The notes under the pieces were generated by a model that ran no database searches, had not been told where the DNA came from, and saw only the letters and a list, made by a program, of their open reading frames with translations. A DNA stretch of 64,000 bases. Source: Dehalococcoidia bacterium (GTDB taxonomy: Bacteria > Chloroflexota > Dehalococcoidia > Lucifugimonadales > JAGWBF01). Position 1 is the stretch's first letter. The number at the start of each line of letters is the position of its first letter. Below are positions 62,001 through 64,000 of this stretch, piece after piece. The stretch spans positions 565,846-629,845 of the forward strand of contig CBDCZB010000005.1 of NCBI GenBank assembly GCA_965224415.1. The letters are read 5' to 3'. The position numbers were made by a program, and so were the translations under genes.

Positions 62001-64000
62001 ACCACCACCGAGTAGCTGGCCTTCTTCTCGTGGTCCAGCGCCCCCTTGGTCTGCAGCTGGCCGCTGCCGGCCACGATGGCGAAGTGGGCCGAGCCGGTCC
62101 CGCCCAGGGAGTAGGTCAGGGAGTCCCCGTCCAGGTCGGTGGCCGCCGGCGAGTCGTCGATGTCTGCGCCCGATGCCGTGTTCTCGTCCACGTCCAGCGT
62201 CACGCTGTCGCTGGGGAAGGCCGGCGCCCGGTTGGGGTGGCCCGGCGCGCCGCTGGCGGACGTCCAGCCGCTCTCCCCCTCGGCGTTGACCGCCCGCACC
62301 CGCACCTGGTAGACCGCCTCCGGCGTCAGCCCCGTGATGCTGGAACTGGCCGCCGTGCCGGTGTGGGACGCGTCGGTCCACGCCCCCCAGACCGGGGTGA
62401 CGGCGCCGGCGGCGCTGGTCCGCAGCCGCTGCTCCACGTCGTAGCCCGTCAGCGGCGGCTTGCCCGTCATCACCGGCGCCGTCCAGGTCACCGTCAGCCC
62501 GTTGGCCGTGGAACTCACCGCCAGATCGGCGGGCGCGTCCGGCGGCTCGGCCACGTCGGTGACGTTGACCGTCAGGGTGACGGCGTCGTCCCAGACCGTG
62601 TCGGCCTTGCCCGCGCCGTCCTTGCTGTCCCTTACCTCGATCACCAGGGTGTAGGTGTTCCTGGCCGCCTCGAAGTCGGGGGCCGCGTTGAAGGTCAGGA
62701 CGCCGGCGCCGGTCATGGTGAACGACGCGTGGTCGTTGGAGACCCCGGGATCGCTGAAGGCCGCCGCCGTGTCCAGCCGGTAGGTGAGATCGTCCTTCTC
62801 CGGGTCGGTCACCTCCGGCGTGGCCACCGCCGTCTGGTTCTCCGCCGCGTTGACCGACGCCGTCTCCCCGGCGTCGAAGCTGGGCGCCTCGTTCAGGTCG
62901 TTCACGTTGATGGTCACCGCGATGGTGTCCGTCAGCGTCCCGTCGCTGGCGGTGACCACCACCGAGTAGCTGGCCTTCTTCTCGTGGTCCAGCGCCCCCT
63001 TGGTCTGCAGCTGGCCGCTGCCGGCCACGATGGCGAAGTGGGCCGAGCCGGTCCCGCCCAGGGAATAGGTCAGGGAGTCCCCGTCCAGGTCGGTGGCCGC
63101 CGGCGAGTCGTCGATGTCTGCGCCCGATGCCGTGTTCTCGTCCACGTCCAGCGTCACGCTGTCGCTGGGGAAGGCCGGCGCCCGGTTGGGGTGGCCCGGC
63201 GCGCCGCTGGCGGACGTCCAGCCGCTCTCCCCCTCGGCGTTGACCGCCCGCACCCGCACCTGGTAGGTGGCCTCCGGCGTCAGCCCGGTGATGCTGGCGC
63301 TGGCCGCCGTGCCGGTGTGGGACACATCCGTCCACGCCCCCCAGACCACGTTGACGGCATCATCGGCGCTGGTGCGCAGGCGGTGTTCCACGTCGTAGCC
63401 CGTCAGCGGCGGCTTCCCCGTCATCACCGGCGCCGTCCAGGTGACGGTCAGCCCGTTGGCCGTGGAACTCACCGCCAGATCGGCGGGCGCGTCCGGCGGC
63501 TCGGCCACGTCGGTGACGTTGACCGTCAGGGTGACGGCGTCGTCCCAGTCCGTGTCGGCCTTGCCCGCGCCGTCCTTGCTGTCCCGCACCTCGATCACCA
63601 GGGTGTAGGTGTTCCTGGCGGCCTCGAAGTCGGGGGCCGCCTTGAAGGTCAGGACCCCGGCGCCGGTCATGGTGAACAACGCGTGGTCGTTGGTGGCCGG
63701 AGCGGATACCATCGCGGCGGTGTCCAGCCGGTAGGTGAGATCGTCCTTCTCCGGGTCGGTCACCTCCGGCGTGGCCACCGCCGTCTGGTTCTCCGCCGCG
63801 TTCACCGACGCGCTGGCGCCGTCGTCGAAGCTGGGCGCCTCGTTCAGGTCGTTCACGTTGATGGTGAGGATGATGGAGTCGTCCCAGTCCGTGTCGCCGT
63901 CGCCGTTCACGTCCTTGCTGTCCCGCACCTCGATCACCAGGGTGTAGGTGTTCTTGGCGGCCTCGAAGTCCGGCGCCGCCTTGAAGGTCAGGACGCCGGC
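50045..64000 (-). CDS. giant repetitive surface protein (cadherin-like, FN3 and GLUG modules), 5' end beyond window
   Basis: Track ORF 50045..63937 (4630 aa); the same frame stays open to 64000 (AGVLTFKAAPDFEAAKNTYTLVIEVR). Cadherin-type motifs (DENTA, TDxDGDxLTYSL, LDYE, VTDVNEAP), FN3 modules (LTVTWTAP...YQVRVRAVNAEG), two GLUG-rich blocks (NVGGLVG/NVGGLAG). Confidence 0.9.
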   Translation of the reverse strand, partial: AGVLTFKAAPDFEAAKNTYTLVIEVRDSKDVNGDGDTDWDDSIILTINVNDLNEAPSFDDGASASVNAAENQTAVATPEVTDPEKDDLTYRLDTAAMVSAPATNDHALFTMTGAGVLTFKAAPDFEAARNTYTLVIEVRDSKDGAGKADTDWDDAVTLTVNVTDVAEPPDAPADLAVSSTANGLTVTWTAPVMTGKPPLTGYDVEHRLRTSADDAVNVVWGAWTDVSHTGTAASASITGLTPEATYQVRVRAVNAEGESGWTSASGAPGHPNRAPAFPSDSVTLDVDENTASGADIDDSPAATDLDGDSLTYSLGGTGSAHFAIVAGSGQLQTKGALDHEKKASYSVVVTASDGTLTDTIAVTINVNDLNEAPSFDAGETASVNAAENQTAVATPEVTDPEKDDLTYRLDTAAAFSDPGVSNDHASFTMTGAGVLTFNAAPDFEAARNTYTLVIEVRDSKDGAGKADTVWDDAVTLTVNVTDVAEPPDAPADLAVSSTANGLTVTWTAPVMTGKPPLTGYDVEQRLRTSAAGAVTPVWGAWTDASHTGTAASSSITGLTPEAVYQVRVRAVNAEGESGWTSASGAPGHPNRAPAFPSDSVTLDVDENTASGADIDDSPAATDLDGDSLTYSLGGTGSAHFAIVAGSGQLQTKGALDHEKKASYSVVVTASDGTLTDTIAVTIEVNDLNEAPSFDDGETASVNAAENQTAVATPKVTDPEKDDLTYRLDTAAVVSSPATNDHASFTMTGAGVLTFNAAPDFEAAKNSYTLVIEVRDSKDGAGKADTVWDDAVTLTVNVTDVAEPPDAPADLAVSSTANGLTVTWTAPVMTGKPPLTGYDVEQRLRTSAAGAVTPVWGAWTDASHTGTAASSSITGLTPEAVYQVRVRAVNAEGESGWTSASGAPGHPNRAPAFPSDSVTLDVDENTASGADIDDSPAATDLDGDSLTYSLGGTGSAHFAIVAGSGQLQTKGALDHEKKASYSVVVTASDGTLTDTIAVTIEVNDLNEAPSFDAGETASVNAAENQTAVATPEVTDPEKDDLTYRLDTAAAFTDPGVSNDHASFTMTGAGVLTFKAAPDFEAAKNTYTLVIEVRDSKDGAGKADTDWDAAVTLTVNVTDVAEPPDAPADLAVSSTANGLTVTWTAPVMTGKPPLTGYDVEQRLRTSAAGAVTPVWGAWTDASHTGTAASASITGLTPEATYQVRVRAVNAEGNGEWAGPEEGVPEQPNRAPTFDDGETASVNAAENQTAVATPDVTDLDGDDLTYRLDTAAMVSAPATNDHALFTMTGAGVLTFKAAPDFEAAKNTYTLVIEVRDSKDVNGDGDTDWDDSIILTINVNDLNEAPSFDDGASASVNAAENQTAVATPDATDPDGDDLTYRLDTAAAVSAPATNDHALFTMTGAGVLTFKAAPDFEAARNSYTLVIEVRDSKDGAGKADTDWDDAVTLTVNVTDVAEPPDAPADLAVSSTANGLTVTWTAPVMTGKPVLTGYDVEHRLRTSAADSVSEVWGVWTDVPHSDTTASANIGSLTAGEHYQVRVRGVNDEGDGVWAGPVLGVPGQPNRAPVYTDSSKTFSVDENTASATNIGKPLTATDPDGDTLEYSLGSGGDDANFAIDSKTGQLKTKGDLDHETKDSYSVTVTAADPSGLTDTIAVTINVTGVNEAPFYTGSGVTLEVDENTAPATDIGSAVTATDPDGDTLEYALGGTDSGHFAIVASSGQLKTSGALNHENKASYAVTVTAEDPSGLLADIAVTINVTDVNEPPSFADSAKTLEVAENTAPATDIGDPIAAIDPEGDTLTYTIDGADAAHFVIVAGTGQLKTNGVVDLPTKRARRARRAAPDDGTTDSYSIVVSVSDGKDANGDADDSFDDTIDVTVRVRGVRQASAMVDYDIDDDKLIELANLARLNATRWDLNGDGAADDSADQPSYDAAFPNAMPGMGCPDIDGDGVADCRGYELVADLNFDEDGDNQITSADGAYWNGGAGWDPIGGPFKPGVPYRHDKNMVKFRFDGNGNTISNLFINRPAENNMGLFSATNSGMLKNVGLENVTVVGDATVGALVGSARSIISSSYATGEISGRTNVGGLVGSLTSATMKETYAAVNVRASGSFAGGLVGFNGGHIYSSYATGAVFAARNAGGLTSFSQYSNRPDFYNWLGRIRSSYSTGPVFADNRGVGLVEINSYSDAEGHITNSYWDYQTGGTRSGAGIGYDTASLREPTGYTGIYANWNQIHKRVDPWDFGTSSDYPALKVDWNGDGIATVEEFGNQDPGRRSPAFNDPTPRNFSVAEKSPPDTNIGGPLPATEPDGNPITYALNGEDGRHFVIDPNTGQIKAKDPLYYEARNTYQIRVAAFNERNGADWLVVNISVTQAAQRVPRDAVAGRLPGQPGTPEIINVEETSFYITWTAPETGSTAIAGYGIQYKLTSEEDSAYADVKPTPTGTVTGYHLVNRDRQTVAEGTSYTVRVRARHAKGWWPWSEEAIVVTASAVASNNPPSFAAASATVSVAENTAANTAIANSPTATDPDAGDTLTYTLGTTTDDLHFTIDSNSGQLQTSGALDYESKDSYTVTVTATDGGGLADSISVTITVTDVADTPPGQPDTPEIINVEETSFRVTWTAPTEGSSAITGYGIQYKLAWEEDSAYADAKPTKRGTVTGYNLVNGGGQTVAEGTSYAVRVRAKNAEGWGLWSDAASVVTAGAPPANNPPSFAAASATVSVAENTAANTAIANSPTATDPDAGDTLTYTLGTTTDDLHFTIDSNSGQLQTSGALDYESQDSYTVTVTATDGGGLSASIDVTITVTDVADTPPGQPDTPPGQPDTPEIINVAETSFRVTWTAPAEGSSAITGYGIQYKLAWEEDSAYADAKPTKRGTVTGYNLVNGGGQTVAEGTSYAVRVRAKNAEGWGLWSDAASVVTAGAPPANNPPSFAAASATVSVAENTAAGTDIGDALTATDLDAGDTLTYTLGTTMDDGHFAIDAGSGQIRTKGDLDYEGKDSYAVTVTATDGGGLADSIAVTITVTDVADTPPGQPDTPEIINVEETSFRVTWTAPTEGSSAITGYGIQYKLAWEEDSAYADAKPTKRGTVTGYNLVNGGGQTVAEGTSYAVRVRAKNAEGWGLWSDAASVVTAGAPPANNPPSFAAASATVSVAENTAAGTDIGDALTATDLDAGDTLTYTLGTTMDDGHFAIDAGSGQIRTKGDLDYEGKDSYAVTVTATDGGGLSASIAVTITVTNVAERVDYDADGDGLIEVANLAQLHAIRLDLDGDGASENAGYSDAFPDAAAGMGCPDSGCSGYELAADLDFDTDGNGDVDADDAYWNGGAGWEPLGGNVGLKRPSDPKFNAVFDGNGHTIANLFIDRPGRKSVGLFGAVGRSGTIRNLSLTNANVASQVNVGALVGILFGVVEAVHADGSVSGDENVGGLAGFVHEDGRVRRSYATARVTGAKTNVGGLAGHLRGAIEASYATGSVTSGDTAGGLVGVLLGTVETSYATGAVQGGKNVGGLVGLSRGATVTASYWNSETSGQADSRGGEGKTTAELSNPTGASGIYAGWDAATWDFGTGSQYPALKADWDGDGMATAAEFGSQVRAAPVVANRAPYFAGSAAEVMVAENTVAGTAIGGPVEATEPDGDSLTYALGTTADDGHFAIDADSGQLQTSGALDYEGQISYAVTVSATDAVGLSASIAVTITVTNVNDAPYFADSAAEVSVAENTAAGTAIGDPVEATDPDAVDSLTYTLGSEADDGHFAIDADSGQLKTKGDLDYEGASSYAVTVTATDSGGLTAIITVTIKVDDVEEAPRPGNVQAALQADGSVLVTWEAPAGAGDDTFYRVRRRLDTADSSYAVIARRVEDADNDGAAEYRDDDGDLEAGQSYLYSVRAFDGDGDKLGQWTDGVKVSIPAAAPAEKEKRAANNAPTFADSAAEVSVAENTAAGADIGAPVEAKDPDGDSLTYALGSTADDGHFTIDADSGQLQTSGALDYESQSSYTVTVTATDDGGLSASVEVTITVTDVADTPPGQPDTPEIINVEETSFRVTWTAPAAGSSAITGYGIQYKLASEEDSAYADVTPTPTGTVTGYNLVNGGGQTVAEGTSYAVRVRAKNAEGWGLWSDAASAVTSGAAPSEASNNPPSFTAASATVEVAENTAANTAIGDALTATDPDAGDTLTYTLDGKDSGHFAIGADSGQLQTSGALDYESQSSYTVTVTATDGDGLTASVEVTITVTDVADTPPGQPDTPEIINVEETSFRVTWTAPAEGSSAITGYGIQYKLASEEDSAYADVTPTPTGTATGYNVVNRGGQTVAAGTSYAVRVRARNAEGWGPWSEAASVATAGGVPPNEAPAFAAASATVEVAENSAADTAIANSPTATDPDVGDTLTYTLGTTMDDGHFAIDTGSGQLRTKGDLDYESKDSYAVTVTATDGGGLSASVEVTITVTDVADTPPGQPATPEIINVEETSFRVTWTAPADGSSTITGYGIQYKLASEEDSAYADVNPTPTGTATGYNLVNRDGQTVAEGTSYAVRVRAKNAEGWGPWSEAASAVTAGAAPSDAAPANGDETEADDSGQEESKSDSYQATAVFITNQGRVLVKWDKVDGAAYYLIRKNGQPMPGRTDATSLYDADVEEGTRYEYRITAYDSEDSEDSVLVVMTAATGE
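50400..52300 (-). repeat. three more divergent 633-642-bp cadherin-FN3 modules
   Basis: Anchors 50595/51231/51870 and 50907/51540/52182. Confidence 0.6.
54330..56880 (-). repeat. four 636-bp tandem modules (cadherin-FN3)
   Basis: Anchors 54495, 55131, 55788, 56424 (636/657/636 nt apart). Shadow ORFs 54495..54701 and 55131..55337 translate identically. Confidence 0.8.
55551..55592 (-). repeat. 21-bp tandem microduplication (PPGQPDT x2)
   Basis: GTGTCCGGCTGGCCCGGCGGC at 55551-55571 and again at 55572-55592; accounts for the 657-nt unit. Confidence 0.9.
60370..64000 (-). repeat. near-identical 951-bp tandem modules (cadherin-FN3-cadherin), about 3.8 units in window
   Basis: Identical strings recur at +951/+954 nt (anchors 60879/61830/62784/63735 and 61509/62460). 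61261-61500 equals 62212-62451 on direct comparison. A more divergent copy lies at 59330-60370. Confidence 0.8.

Noticed and set aside
51854-63335. Very long alternative-frame ORFs (51854..54409 +, 55091..57805 +, 59325..63335 -)
   Set aside because: They overlap the giant gene, whose frame carries coherent cadherin/FN3/GLUG motifs. The alternatives are monotonous R/G/H/P/D-rich strings produced by the GC-rich repeats.
59330-64000. Diversity-generating retroelement as source of the variable patch in the 951-bp modules
   Set aside because: No reverse transcriptase gene or template repeat is present in the window, and the variation is between two discrete alleles rather than adenine-specific mutagenesis.

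Overview
High-GC bacterial chromosomal window (about 58-70% GC in hand-sampled rows) with four blocks. (1) 1-5.7 kb: ordinary minus-strand genes (a Baeyer-Villiger monooxygenase cut by the window edge, an NHL-repeat protein, a DUF1501/DUF1800 pair) separated by GC-rich REP-like palindromes. (2) 5.9-24.5 kb: an integrative conjugative element-like region. It has a large serine recombinase plus RHH protein, then a ~12.5 kb tightly coupled minus-strand operon. That operon encodes a Gram-positive-type type IV secretion set (VirB4-like, coupling ATPase, VirB6-like, PrgI/VirB3-like, pilin-like), a replication-relaxation family protein, HTH regulators and a PAPS-reductase-like enzyme. A 1.1 kb repeat-rich non-coding region and a 4xHTH protein follow. 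(3) 26.6-49.4 kb: a defence island. It contains a type I R-M operon (HTH, hsdM, ApeA/HEPN-like gene, hsdS, DUF433/PIN-like pair, hsdR) in which hsdM and the HEPN-like gene are frameshifted. It also has a DEDD-type exonuclease gene and a complete type I-E CRISPR-Cas locus whose cas3 is split by an IS630-family element, with a 51-repeat array. (4) 50.0-64.0 kb: the 3' 13.9 kb of a giant (>4,650 aa) cadherin/FN3/GLUG surface-protein gene built from near-identical 951-bp and 636-bp tandem modules. No rRNA or tRNA genes were recognised. All functional calls rest on motifs read by eye from the translations; no database search or folding computation was possible. Taxon cannot be assigned from the sequence alone.
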